DNA of 33,217 nucleotides from an uncultured Methanosarcinales archaeon (GTDB taxonomy: Archaea; Nanobdellota; Nanobdellia; Woesearchaeales; CAZXZL01): contig CAZXZL010000007.1 in NCBI GenBank assembly GCA_964645415.1, forward strand, positions 1-33,217, read 5' to 3'. The position numbers and the translations under genes are program-made. This document shows positions 18,273 to 29,951 of this stretch, one piece after another. Under the pieces are notes generated by a model. It was not told the DNA's origin, ran no database searches, and saw only the letters and a program-made list of their open reading frames with translations. The stretch's first letter is position 1; every line of letters begins with the position of its first letter.

Positions 18273-19400
18273 TTATTCTTTGAATATTTCAAATATCTTT
18301 TTCTTATTTTTTCTATCTTTTTTATATTCTTTAAATGATTGTGTCAACTTATTTTTATCAAAGAATGTAATATCATATTTCTTTGAAACTCTAAGCATTA
18401 TATTTAAAAAGTCAGAATCTTTGTTTTCTAAAAAGAATTTACTCAGATTAGGGTAATTATATGAAACATGTCTTGCTAGATCTTCATCAATCTCTTTTCT
18501 AATCTTTAGAAAAGTTTGATTTGGATTTATATCAAACGTTTTTACATTAATATTACTTATATCAAACTCACCTAAATCAGGTTCATAAATATAACCATAA
18601 TCTTTTTGATACTCTTTTTTTCTCATAATATATGTTTTATTTTTTTCTTCATCATACCGAGCAGTACTTTGCTTTATTTCTCCACCTTTTTTGAAAATTT
18701 TCCATTGTCTAACTAATTCACTTATTAGGGCTTTTTTTATGTTTTTAATCCCTTTAACATTTTTTATTTCTATTCTATCACCAAATAAAGAAACATTAAC
18801 ATCACATTTTATCTCAGGTTTTTTAATTCCAGAATATTTAAGATAACCATTTAATGTTTTTATGAATATTTCTGTTTGCTTAATTGATTTAATATCAGGT
18901 TCTGTGACTATCTCAATTAAAGGAACTCCTGAACGATTATAATCTATTTTAGAAGTATTAGATTTTCCTCTTTTTATTTTAGCAGCATCTTCTTCTAAAT
19001 GTATCCTTCTAATTCTCACTTTCTTCTTTTTATCTTTGTGAATTAGGTTAATATAACCCTTTTTTCCAATTGGTGTTTCATGTTGAGTTATTTGTATATT
19101 CTTAGAAAGATCAGGATAAAAATATGATTTTCTTGAAAAAAAGAATTTCTCATTAATAGAACAGTTCATATTTAATGAAACTTTTTTTGCAATCTTTATT
19201 GCATTTTCATTAACTTTTGGTCTCATACCAGGATAACCAAGACAAATTGGACAAACATTTTCATTTGGAATGTTTACTTCTTTATTTTCACATGGACAAA
19301 ACAATTTTGAGTCTGTAGGTAATCTAACATGAATTTCTAGACCTATTTTTAATTGGTCTTTATTTTTTTTAAGATATTGTTTTAAGCTCATCAAAACCAT
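18273..19400 (-). CDS. gatB: Asp/Glu-tRNA amidotransferase subunit B (C-terminally short)
   Basis: IGLEIH, CPICLGYPG, RKSYFYPDL, HLEEDAAK, DYNRSGVPLIEIVTEPD, IEIKN, EPDL. Confidence 0.93.
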   Translation of the reverse strand: MVLMSLKQYLKKNKDQLKIGLEIHVRLPTDSKLFCPCENKEVNIPNENVCPICLGYPGMRPKVNENAIKIAKKVSLNMNCSINEKFFFSRKSYFYPDLSKNIQITQHETPIGKKGYINLIHKDKKKKVRIRRIHLEEDAAKIKRGKSNTSKIDYNRSGVPLIEIVTEPDIKSIKQTEIFIKTLNGYLKYSGIKKPEIKCDVNVSLFGDRIEIKNVKGIKNIKKALISELVRQWKIFKKGGEIKQSTARYDEEKNKTYIMRKKEYQKDYGYIYEPDLGEFDISNINVKTFDINPNQTFLKIRKEIDEDLARHVSYNYPNLSKFFLENKDSDFLNIMLRVSKKYDITFFDKNKLTQSFKEYKKDRKNKKKIFEIFKE

Positions 19401-20797
19401 TCCTCTTTAAATTTAATTTTTGATGTCTTTTCAAAATCTCTTGCTAAATCAAAAAGCATTAAATCATTATATCTTTTTGTCGTTACTTGTATTCCATTTG
19501 GATAATTATTAACCTTTATTGGTAAATTAATATGAGGTAGACCCATTAGATTTGATGGAACAGTACATAAATCCATTTTATATGTTTCTTTAGGAGTCAA
19601 AGTATTAATCTTATCAATATCTGGAACTTTTATTGGCATTGTAGGATTAATGAATGCATCATAATCTTCAAAAATCTTTTCAAATTCCATAATCATCTTT
19701 GTTCTAATTTTTTGTGCTTTTTGATAATACTTATCTTTATATCCATGCATTCTAGTAAAAGTACCTATTATTACTCTTCTTTTAGCCTCGTCAGTAAAAT
19801 ATTTTGTTCTAATCTCTTTAAAATATTCGTTATAATCCTTCATCCAATTACCTACTTTTCCAAATCTTAATCCACAATATCTGTTAAGATTTGTTGATGC
19901 CTCAGCTGTTGAAAGAATATAATAAGTACTTATTGCATGTTTTAATATTGGAACAGAAATTTTTTCAAACTCATAATTTTGGTCTTTTAGATCTTTTAAT
20001 TTATTTTTAAATTCTGAAAATATATCTTCTTCAACATCACATAATTCTTTAATAATTGCAATTTTTTTTATTTCTTTATTTTTTTTATTTACTTTTTTAA
20101 CTTTATTTGTTGGATCTTTTTCGTCTTTATTTTTTATTGCAAGTCTAAATGCAATTTCAATATCTTTTGTATATCTTCCTGTAAAACCAATTTTATCTAA
20201 TGAATTAGCATAACTAATTAATCCAAATCTTGATATTACTCCATAAGATGGAGTAAAACCTAATACTCCATTAAATGCAGCAGGTGAGGAAATTGAACCC
20301 CCTGTTGATTCTGCAACTGAAAAAAAAGGGAATAATGCTGAATAAACACCACTTCCAGAACTACTTCCTCCTGAAGTTTTTTTATCATCCCAAGCATTTT
20401 TTGTATGATTATATCCTGAGTTAACACCAAATCCTCCAAAACCAAACTCATCCATGTTTGTTTTTCCTACAACAAAACCTCCTATATTATCAATTACTTC
20501 AGCATTTACTTGTGGATTATATCCTTCTAAAATTTTTGATCCTGCTGTTGTTGGTATATCTTTTGTACATATATTATCTTTAACTGAATAAATTAGTTCT
20601 TTATTTTCAATTGCTTCTTTTATCTCTTTATTGCTTCTTTTATTAATAAAGATATTTTTATTTTCATATTCTTTTATCTTATCTAAAAATTTTTCTTTAA
20701 ATTCACTTTTCTCTTTTTCTTTTAAATTTAAATAAGAAATAATTTCAGATTTGCCTTCAATTTTTGATTCAATATCCAATATTTCTTTATTTTTCAT
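19391..20797 (-). CDS. gatA: Asp/Glu-tRNA amidotransferase subunit A
   Basis: VKDNI, GKTNMDEF, GGSSSGS, STGGS amidase signature, EASTNL.RY.G.RFG, EAKRRVIIG. Confidence 0.93.
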   Translation of the reverse strand: MKNKEILDIESKIEGKSEIISYLNLKEKEKSEFKEKFLDKIKEYENKNIFINKRSNKEIKEAIENKELIYSVKDNICTKDIPTTAGSKILEGYNPQVNAEVIDNIGGFVVGKTNMDEFGFGGFGVNSGYNHTKNAWDDKKTSGGSSSGSGVYSALFPFFSVAESTGGSISSPAAFNGVLGFTPSYGVISRFGLISYANSLDKIGFTGRYTKDIEIAFRLAIKNKDEKDPTNKVKKVNKKNKEIKKIAIIKELCDVEEDIFSEFKNKLKDLKDQNYEFEKISVPILKHAISTYYILSTAEASTNLNRYCGLRFGKVGNWMKDYNEYFKEIRTKYFTDEAKRRVIIGTFTRMHGYKDKYYQKAQKIRTKMIMEFEKIFEDYDAFINPTMPIKVPDIDKINTLTPKETYKMDLCTVPSNLMGLPHINLPIKVNNYPNGIQVTTKRYNDLMLFDLARDFEKTSKIKFKEEWF

Positions 20798-21072
20798 TTT
20801 AGTTTAGGACCAATTGATAGCTTTTCTTTATCTGGATTAAAATCTCTTTTTAATTTTTGATAAGTTGTTTTTTTGTTTATATCTTTATAAGATAAATCTT
20901 TTCTCATTTGATTTTTTACTTTAATTGGTAAAATGTTTAGTGGGATTCCACTTACATCTACTTCTTTTATTTCATTAAACATTTCAATTACTTCTTTAAT
21001 ATCCTTTTTAAACTTCTTTGGATCAACATTTAACCTTGATATTTGAATAGCTTTTTTTATTTGATCTTCCAT
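20794..21072 (-). CDS. gatC: Asp/Glu-tRNA amidotransferase subunit C
   Basis: 92 aa; ISRL..EVDVSGI..MRKD..PK pattern; 4-bp overlap with gatA. Confidence 0.8.
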   Translation of the reverse strand: MEDQIKKAIQISRLNVDPKKFKKDIKEVIEMFNEIKEVDVSGIPLNILPIKVKNQMRKDLSYKDINKKTTYQKLKRDFNPDKEKLSIGPKLK

Positions 21073-21116
21073 TTTTTACCTTGTTTTATAATTTAATTCA
21101 TCCTTTCAATAATTCC

Positions 21117-22955
<1,839 letters not shown>

Positions 22956-23005
22956 ATAAAACACCTAATTAATTATAGAATTAAATAGAAAGATGAATGA
23001 TAAAA

Positions 23006-23071
23006 CTAGTTGCGATTATTATCAAAAATAAAAATTTCTTTTTTGTCCATAACAGACACTTCAAAGATCAT
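23006..23071 (-). other. Candidate leader uORF MIFEVSVMDKKEIFIFDNNRN
   Basis: Manual translation; TATA TTTAAATA (23101-23094) lies about 23 nt upstream of its ATG. Confidence 0.3.
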
Positions 23072-23284
23072 ATATTTTGTTGGTTTGTTGTGTTATTTAA
23101 ATATTCTGATTTTTTTATTATTAATATAATTTAAAATCAACTTTTAATTTCTTTTCTTACTTACATTGTTTTTATTCCAATCGTAGCTATTGTTTTAATA
23201 AATCTTAATTTATTTCCTATGGTATTTTCATTTTTTTTATTTTTCAAAATCTTTTTATTTTATCTTTACTTACACATATTACTT

Positions 23285-24079
23285 ATGAAAAATAATTCTA
23301 AAAATGTGAGAAAATCTGTTCTCGCAGGATATTGGTATCCTAAAGAAGAAAAAGATCTTAAAAATTTAATTGATTCTTTTTTAATTGATTCAATGAATGA
23401 TAAAAGAGACCTCAAAGCATTAGTTGTTCCACATGCGGGTTATAAATATTCTGGATCTGTTGCAGGAGAAGGTTTTAGTAGAATTAATAAATGTTATAAT
23501 AAAGTATTTGTATTAGGAAGTTCTCATAAGAAAGCTTTTGATGGTTTGAGTGTACCTGATTATTCTTATTATGAAACTCCTTTAGGAAAAATTGCATTAG
23601 ATGATTTGTGTTATCAAATTAAGGAAGAGAATAAAATTGTTAAAACAATAAATCAAGCTCATTTATCAGAACATTCTATTGAAATTCAATTACCTTTTAT
23701 TATTAGATTATTTGAAAGAAATAATTGTGATTCAAAAATAGTTCCTCTTCTTTTTGGAAGAGTTAATACAGATATCTCTTCAAAGATTATACAAAATTAT
23801 CTTGATGATAACTCTTTATTAATCGTTTCAGCTGACTTAAGTCATTTCTTGACTGATGATGAGGCTAGAAAAATTGACAATAAAACAATTGAATCAATAT
23901 TATCTTTAAATGAGATAAATAGAGAAAATTCTACTTGTAATCCTTATGGTATTAATACTTTAATTAAAATAGCTAATAACCTTAATTGGAAACCAGAATT
24001 AATTAAATATCAGAACTCTTCTAAAATAACAAATGATGAGTCTAGAGTTGTTGGTTATACCTCAATTGCTTTTTATTAA
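23285..24079 (+). CDS. amrB: AmmeMemoRadiSam system protein B (MEMO1 family)
   Basis: AGYWYP, PHAGY, GSSH, EHSIEIQLP, SADLSH, VVGY; the upstream ORF extension is T-rich low complexity, so ATG 23285 is preferred. Confidence 0.92.
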   Translation: MKNNSKNVRKSVLAGYWYPKEEKDLKNLIDSFLIDSMNDKRDLKALVVPHAGYKYSGSVAGEGFSRINKCYNKVFVLGSSHKKAFDGLSVPDYSYYETPLGKIALDDLCYQIKEENKIVKTINQAHLSEHSIEIQLPFIIRLFERNNCDSKIVPLLFGRVNTDISSKIIQNYLDDNSLLIVSADLSHFLTDDEARKIDNKTIESILSLNEINRENSTCNPYGINTLIKIANNLNWKPELIKYQNSSKITNDESRVVGYTSIAFY

Positions 24080-24088
24080 TTAGTTAAA

Positions 24089-24646
24089 ATGGAATTAACA
24101 AAAAAAGAGGGGAAATTTTTATTAACACTTGCAAGAAAGTCTATTGAATCAAAATTAAAAGACATTGAATTAGATTATAATTTAATAGATAGTGTTAGAA
24201 TCAAAGAAAAAAGAGGATGTTTTGTGACTATCAATAAAAAACAAAATCTTAGGGGTTGTATTGGGAACATTATTCCTAAAGATAAATTGTATCAATCTAT
24301 TATTGAAAATGCTAAAAAAGCTGCCTTTAAAGACCCTAGATTTCCACCATTAAGTCTTGATGAATTTGGATCTATCTCTTTAGAAGTATCTATCCTTACA
24401 AAACCTAAAAAGATAAATTTTGAAACAACAGATGATTTATTAGATAAAATAGAAAAAGGAGTTGATGGTATTATCTTGAAAAAGGGAATTAAATCATCTA
24501 CTTATTTACCGCAAGTTTGGAATCACTTCGATAATAAAGAAGAATTTCTATCAAATCTTTCAATTAAAGCTGGTTTATGTAGAGATGGTTGGAAAGATAA
24601 TGACATTAATATTTCTAAATATCAAGCTCAGGTATTTTCTGAATAA
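24089..24646 (+). CDS. amrA: AmmeMemoRadiSam system protein A (AMMECR1 family)
   Basis: GCFVT, LRGCIG, DPRF, EVSILT, TYLPQVW, KAG. Confidence 0.93.
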   Translation: MELTKKEGKFLLTLARKSIESKLKDIELDYNLIDSVRIKEKRGCFVTINKKQNLRGCIGNIIPKDKLYQSIIENAKKAAFKDPRFPPLSLDEFGSISLEVSILTKPKKINFETTDDLLDKIEKGVDGIILKKGIKSSTYLPQVWNHFDNKEEFLSNLSIKAGLCRDGWKDNDINISKYQAQVFSE

Positions 24647-24716
24647 AATTAAATAAAAAATATAATATTTTAATTTGTTACTATAATAAAAAAAGTATTA
24701 AATACTTTTAATAAAA

Positions 24717-25595
24717 ATGTCTTTTATGGTAGATTATTTTAACTTTTTAAGAGATAAAAATTTAATTACAAATAATGATGCTAAAATCATAAAAAATAAC
24801 ATTTTAAATGATTTTGATTTATATGAATTTGCAAAAAAACCTTTATACCATTTTAAAAACTCTTATATCTCTTCTCTTGAAAAAGATGTTTCAAAATACT
24901 TTGTTAAGTCCTCAATAATTAAAAAATTAAATTTTGTTAAAAATAAATTCTATTCTGGTGATAATTATTATCGTTTTCAAGATAAAATTACTTCAGAATC
25001 TAAAGATTTTTATCAATCGATAAAAGATAAAACAGATGATATTAATTTAACTAAAAAAGAAAGTTTAGAGTCTATTCTTTTTCAAATGAATGAAGATCAT
25101 GTTGATTCAAAGCCTGAAGATTATCAAAAAGATTTTTTTAAGTTATTTGATGATTATAAAAGTTTTAAATTGCCTTCAGAACTTGATGAAAGAATAAAAA
25201 ACAAACGTTATTTTAGAGAAAAAATGCTTGAGTTTTTATCTTCTATTGATTATATGTTTAATGATTATAATATTACTCATAGAGATTATATTATTACTGA
25301 TAATAAAGAACTTGAAAGAAAAGTAATTAATACTTCTAAAGAACTTGAAAAGATTAATGATGATTCTGAAAAATTACGTTCTTATTTAACTCTTTCAAAA
25401 GTGATGTTTTTATCATATCATGTTTACAAATCGCTGAATTCTTTAGAATGTGCCGATTCTTACTTAAATAAATGTTACAAGTTTGATGGACCTAAATATT
25501 TAACAGAACATGTTAATAACTTAATGATAAAAGTTAGTTTAATTAAAGGGAATATGAACCACAAAATTAGTAGAACAAAGGCAAGTTTTTACTAA
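24717..25595 (+). CDS. Hypothetical protein
   Basis: 292-aa ORF, probably helical; no recognised motif. Confidence 0.7.
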   Translation: MSFMVDYFNFLRDKNLITNNDAKIIKNNILNDFDLYEFAKKPLYHFKNSYISSLEKDVSKYFVKSSIIKKLNFVKNKFYSGDNYYRFQDKITSESKDFYQSIKDKTDDINLTKKESLESILFQMNEDHVDSKPEDYQKDFFKLFDDYKSFKLPSELDERIKNKRYFREKMLEFLSSIDYMFNDYNITHRDYIITDNKELERKVINTSKELEKINDDSEKLRSYLTLSKVMFLSYHVYKSLNSLECADSYLNKCYKFDGPKYLTEHVNNLMIKVSLIKGNMNHKISRTKASFY

Positions 25596-25635
25596 TCTGT
25601 AAAATTTATAAATCAAAAACTGTTCCTACTAATTA

Positions 25636-27651
25636 ATGGATTCTGAAGAAAAAATAAAAAGATTTAAAGAATTTTTTGAATCTGTTTATCATAGTGACTT
25701 GGTTGAGAATGTTAGATTAGATAAAATGTATCTAATTGTTGATTTTAACCAATTATCTCGTTTTGATCTTGATTTAAGTGAAGAAATTCTTGAAAAACCT
25801 AATAAAAACTTAAAACTTGCTGAATCTGCAATTGATGATATGAATCTTCCTAAAGAAGTTGATAACTTTAGGATTCGTTTTAAAAACTTACCAAAAAGTC
25901 AAAAATGTCTATTAAAAAACATTAGAAGTAAACATATTGGGAAGTTAATATTTGTCGATGGTGTTGTAAAACAAAAATCTGATGTTAGACCTAAGGCAAA
26001 AATTGCAAAATTTGAATGTCCTGTTTGTGGAAATCTAATAAGTATCCCTCAAGATAAAAAGAAATTTAGAAAACCAAATAAGTGTGCTTGTGGTTATAAA
26101 GGTAAATTTAAACAAAAAGAGACTGAATTAATCGATTATCAAGGAATTGTTGTGGAAGAACCTCCTGAGGAATTAGATGGTAGCGAACAACCTCAAAGGT
26201 TTAATACAGTTGTAAAAGAAGACTTAGTATCTCCTTTCTTTGTTAAAAGGTCAAATCCGGGAAACAAAGTTAGGATCACAGGTGTTGTTAAAGAGATTCC
26301 AGTACAAGCAAAAAGAGGGGGTCAATCAACTAAATACGATTTAGTGCTTGAGGCAAATTATATACAACCTATGGAAGAAGATTATGGGGATGTTGAAATT
26401 ACTTCTGAAGATGAAGAAGATATTATTAAGATAAGTAAAAGAAAAAAGTATTATGAAGAGTTAATTAGATCTGTTGCTCCTGGTATTTATGGTCATGATA
26501 GAATTAAAGAAGCTATATTACTCCAATTTGTAGGAGGTGTTAATAAAACTGGTGCTGATGGAGTTAAAAGAAGAGGAGATATTCACATTCTTTTAGTAGG
26601 TGATCCTGGTGCGGGAAAATCCCAATTACTAAAAAGAGCTGAAGTAATTGCTCCAAAAGCAAGATATGTTTCTGGAAAAGGTGCTAGTGGTGCTGGTTTA
26701 ACTGCTGCTGTTGTAAGAGATGAATTTCTTGGAGGTTGGAGTTTAGAAGCAGGTGCTTTAGTATTAGCTAATGGTGGAATCTGTATGATTGATGAGTTAG
26801 ATAAAATGACTACTGAAGATAGAAGTGCAATGCATGAAGCTTTAGAGCAACAATCTGTTACAATTAGTAAGGCTAATATCCAAGCAACAATGCAGGCAAG
26901 AACTACTGTTATGGCTGCAGCAAATCCTAAATTAGGTCGATTTAATCCTTATGAACCTTTAGTTTCTCAAATTGATTTACCTCCTCCTTTAATTAGTCGT
27001 TTTGATTTAATTTTTCCAATAAGAGATGTTCCTGATGAAGAGAAAGATGAAAAACTTGCAGGTTTTGTTCTTAATCTTCATAAAAAAGATGAAGAGATTA
27101 AACCACCTATTGAAACTGATATCTTACGTAAATATATTGCTTATGCAAGAAGAAGAGTTTTTCCAAAATTAACAGAAGGTTCTATGGAGGAAATAAGAAA
27201 TTATTATGTTACTACTAGAAATGCTATTTCTGAACAAGAAGATCAAACAATATCTATTACTACAAGACAACTTGAAGCTTTGATTAGATTATCAGAAGCT
27301 TCTGCAAAACTAAGATTATCTAATGAAGTTACAAGAGAAGATGCAAAAAAAGCAATTGATCTTTTAGAATTTTGTCTTAAAAATGTTGGTATGGATCCTG
27401 ATACTGGTTCAATTGATGTTGATTTAATTTCTACAGGAGTTACTAAAAGTGAAAGAAATTCTATTGTTACAATTAAAAAGATTATCTCTGATTTAGAATC
27501 TGAAAAAGATATGGATGTTCCTGTTGATGATATCGTAGAAATTGCTGAAGAAAAAGGTATTAAAAGAGAAATTGTTGATGAAACTTTAGAAAAACTTAAA
27601 AGATCTGGAGAAATTTTTGAACCAAAGAAGGGAATTATTCAAAAGATTTAG
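25636..27651 (+). CDS. mcm: Replicative helicase MCM
   Basis: CPVC..CAC Zn finger, GDPGAGKS, IDELDKM, HEALEQQ, SRFD Arg finger, RQLE sensor, C-terminal winged helix; no intein. Confidence 0.97.
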   Translation: MDSEEKIKRFKEFFESVYHSDLVENVRLDKMYLIVDFNQLSRFDLDLSEEILEKPNKNLKLAESAIDDMNLPKEVDNFRIRFKNLPKSQKCLLKNIRSKHIGKLIFVDGVVKQKSDVRPKAKIAKFECPVCGNLISIPQDKKKFRKPNKCACGYKGKFKQKETELIDYQGIVVEEPPEELDGSEQPQRFNTVVKEDLVSPFFVKRSNPGNKVRITGVVKEIPVQAKRGGQSTKYDLVLEANYIQPMEEDYGDVEITSEDEEDIIKISKRKKYYEELIRSVAPGIYGHDRIKEAILLQFVGGVNKTGADGVKRRGDIHILLVGDPGAGKSQLLKRAEVIAPKARYVSGKGASGAGLTAAVVRDEFLGGWSLEAGALVLANGGICMIDELDKMTTEDRSAMHEALEQQSVTISKANIQATMQARTTVMAAANPKLGRFNPYEPLVSQIDLPPPLISRFDLIFPIRDVPDEEKDEKLAGFVLNLHKKDEEIKPPIETDILRKYIAYARRRVFPKLTEGSMEEIRNYYVTTRNAISEQEDQTISITTRQLEALIRLSEASAKLRLSNEVTREDAKKAIDLLEFCLKNVGMDPDTGSIDVDLISTGVTKSERNSIVTIKKIISDLESEKDMDVPVDDIVEIAEEKGIKREIVDETLEKLKRSGEIFEPKKGIIQKI

Positions 27652-27816
27652 TTGACCTTTGAAAGTATAATTTAATTTTATAAATAGTTATATTCTTCTT
27701 CTAATAATTTAATTAATATTTTTATTTTTATTATTTTTATTATTTTTATCATTATTTTATTAACTATTGTTAATTTTTCATTATATTTATATATTATTCA
27801 TTCTTTTCCCTTTTGT

Positions 27817-28557
27817 ATGTTAACTGTAAATCTAAAAAATTCAAAGGTTCAAGGAAAGAAAGATATCCTAAAAAATATTAGATTTAATGTTAGTCCTAAA
27901 AAATTAACCATTTTAATGGGTCCTAATGGTTCTGGAAAATCTACTTTACTAAAATCAATCCTTGGTCATCATGATTATAAAACTAATGGAGAGATTACTA
28001 TTTCAGATAAAAGTTTTGAATTTGGTAACTTTAAAACTGAAGAACTAATTAGATCTGGTGTTGGTTATATATCACAAAAAAATCCTGAAATTGATGGTTT
28101 GAAGTTAGGAAGTCTTTCTCTTGCTATTGGAAAACAATTTATCGGTTCTACTAAAGAATATAAAAAGAGATTATCTGAATTAATGGATAAAATAAAAATA
28201 GATAAAACTTTTTTAAAACGTGAATTAACTAAATTTAGTGGTGGTGAAAGAAAAAGAATTGAGTTAATGCTTACTTTACTTCAAAATCCAGATTATTTAC
28301 TAATTGATGAAATTGATTCTGGATTAGACCTTGATTCGCTTAGTTTAATTTCTTCTATTTTAGGAGAGTCAATTAATGATGGAAAAGGTGTTTTTATTAT
28401 TACACACTCTGGAAATATTATAGATGAGATTATTAATTCTTCAGATATAGAGAAAAATCAACTTAATATATTAATTTTAAAGTCAGGGTCTATTGTAAAA
28501 AAAGGAGGATATGACTTAATTAAAAAACTTGAAAAAGAAGGTTATTCTTATTTTTAA
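27817..28557 (+). CDS. sufC: Fe-S assembly ATPase SufC
   Basis: MGPNGSGKST, FSGGERKR, DEIDSGLDLD, IITH. Confidence 0.93.
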   Translation: MLTVNLKNSKVQGKKDILKNIRFNVSPKKLTILMGPNGSGKSTLLKSILGHHDYKTNGEITISDKSFEFGNFKTEELIRSGVGYISQKNPEIDGLKLGSLSLAIGKQFIGSTKEYKKRLSELMDKIKIDKTFLKRELTKFSGGERKRIELMLTLLQNPDYLLIDEIDSGLDLDSLSLISSILGESINDGKGVFIITHSGNIIDEIINSSDIEKNQLNILILKSGSIVKKGGYDLIKKLEKEGYSYF

Positions 28558-28558
28558 G

Positions 28559-29950
28559 ATGAAAAAAAACAAAAAAGATTTTTCTGGGATTGATTCAGTA
28601 GAAGATGAATATGGTTTTAGTACTGATGTAGACTACGATTTAATTTCTGAACCTGGTATTTCAAGAGAATTAGTTAAATATATTTCAAATTTAAAAAATG
28701 AACCTAAATGGATGTTAGAATATCGTTTAAATGCTTATGATTCTTTTTTAAAACAAGAACTTCCTTCTTATGGTCCTAAAATTGATGTTGATTTTAATGA
28801 TGTTATTTATTATGCTCGTGCAACATCAGATGAAGCTGTAGATTGGGAAGATTTACCTAAAAATATTAAAGATACTTTTGATAAACTTGGTATTAGTGAT
28901 GATGAAAAGAGTTTTCTTTCTGGAACAGGTGCTCAATTTGAATCTGAAATGGTTTTAAAGAAAGTAAAAAAAGAACTTTCTAAAAAAGGAGTTATATTTT
29001 TAAGTATGGATGAAGGTTTAAAAAAACATCCTGAGATTGTAAAAAAATATTTTGGAAAAGTAGTTCCTTATGATAATAATAAATTTTCTGCTTTAAATTC
29101 TGCTGTTTGGTCAGGTGGTACTTTTATTTATGTACCAAATGGTGTAGAAGTTAAAATGCCTCTTCAAACATATTTTAGAATAAATATGGAAAAAGCAGGT
29201 CAGTTTGAAAGAACTTTAATCGTTGTTGAAAAAAATGCAAAAGTCCATTATGTAGAAGGGTGTACTGCTCCTATTTATAGTAATTCTAATCTTCATTCTG
29301 CTGTTGTTGAAGTTTTTGCTCATGAAAATTCAAGTGTAAAATATTCTACAGTTCAAAATTGGAGTAGAAATGTTTTAAATTTTGCAACAAAAAAAGCTAA
29401 AGCTTATAAGAATGCTACTGTTGAATGGGTAGATGGAAATGTAGGAAGTGGTATTAATTATAAGTATCCTCAAATAATTCTTAAAGGAGATAATTCTAAA
29501 GGAAATATATTAAGTGTGAGTATTGCTAGAGAAAATCAAAAATATGATGCTGGAGGGAAATTAGTATTTTTAGGAAATAATACTTCTGGAAAAATTCTTA
29601 ATAAGAGTGTATGTTTAGAGGATGGGATTAATAACTTTAGAAGTTGGGTAGATGTTGAAAAAGATACTAATGCAAAAATTGATGTTTCTTGTGATTCACT
29701 AATTATAGACGAGGAATCTTCAGCAAATAGTTATCCTTATTACAATGTTTCTGATGATAATGCGTTGATAAATCATGAAGCATCTGTTGGAACAATTGAG
29801 GATGAAAAACTTTTCTATTTAAAATCTTTAGGGATTGATGAGTCTGAAGCTAAAAGTATGATAGTTCTTGGTTTTTTAGAACCTATTACTAAAGAGTTAC
29901 CTTTTGAATATGCTGTGGAGTTAAATAAATTAATGAAGATGACATTTTAA
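28559..29950 (+). CDS. sufB: Fe-S assembly protein SufB
   Basis: KNEPKWML, WSGGTF, GQFERTLI, YVEGCTAP, LHSAVVE, VQNW, CDSL, HEAS, LPFEYAVE. Confidence 0.96.
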   Translation: MKKNKKDFSGIDSVEDEYGFSTDVDYDLISEPGISRELVKYISNLKNEPKWMLEYRLNAYDSFLKQELPSYGPKIDVDFNDVIYYARATSDEAVDWEDLPKNIKDTFDKLGISDDEKSFLSGTGAQFESEMVLKKVKKELSKKGVIFLSMDEGLKKHPEIVKKYFGKVVPYDNNKFSALNSAVWSGGTFIYVPNGVEVKMPLQTYFRINMEKAGQFERTLIVVEKNAKVHYVEGCTAPIYSNSNLHSAVVEVFAHENSSVKYSTVQNWSRNVLNFATKKAKAYKNATVEWVDGNVGSGINYKYPQIILKGDNSKGNILSVSIARENQKYDAGGKLVFLGNNTSGKILNKSVCLEDGINNFRSWVDVEKDTNAKIDVSCDSLIIDEESSANSYPYYNVSDDNALINHEASVGTIEDEKLFYLKSLGIDESEAKSMIVLGFLEPITKELPFEYAVELNKLMKMTF

Positions 29951-29951
29951 A

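Noticed and set aside
22965..23218. T-box riboswitch upstream of aspS-gatCAB
   Set aside because: No UGGNACC T-box motif or Stem I structure is visible; the region is almost entirely AT
25636..27651. Intein or split in MCM
   Set aside because: Length and motif spacing are normal
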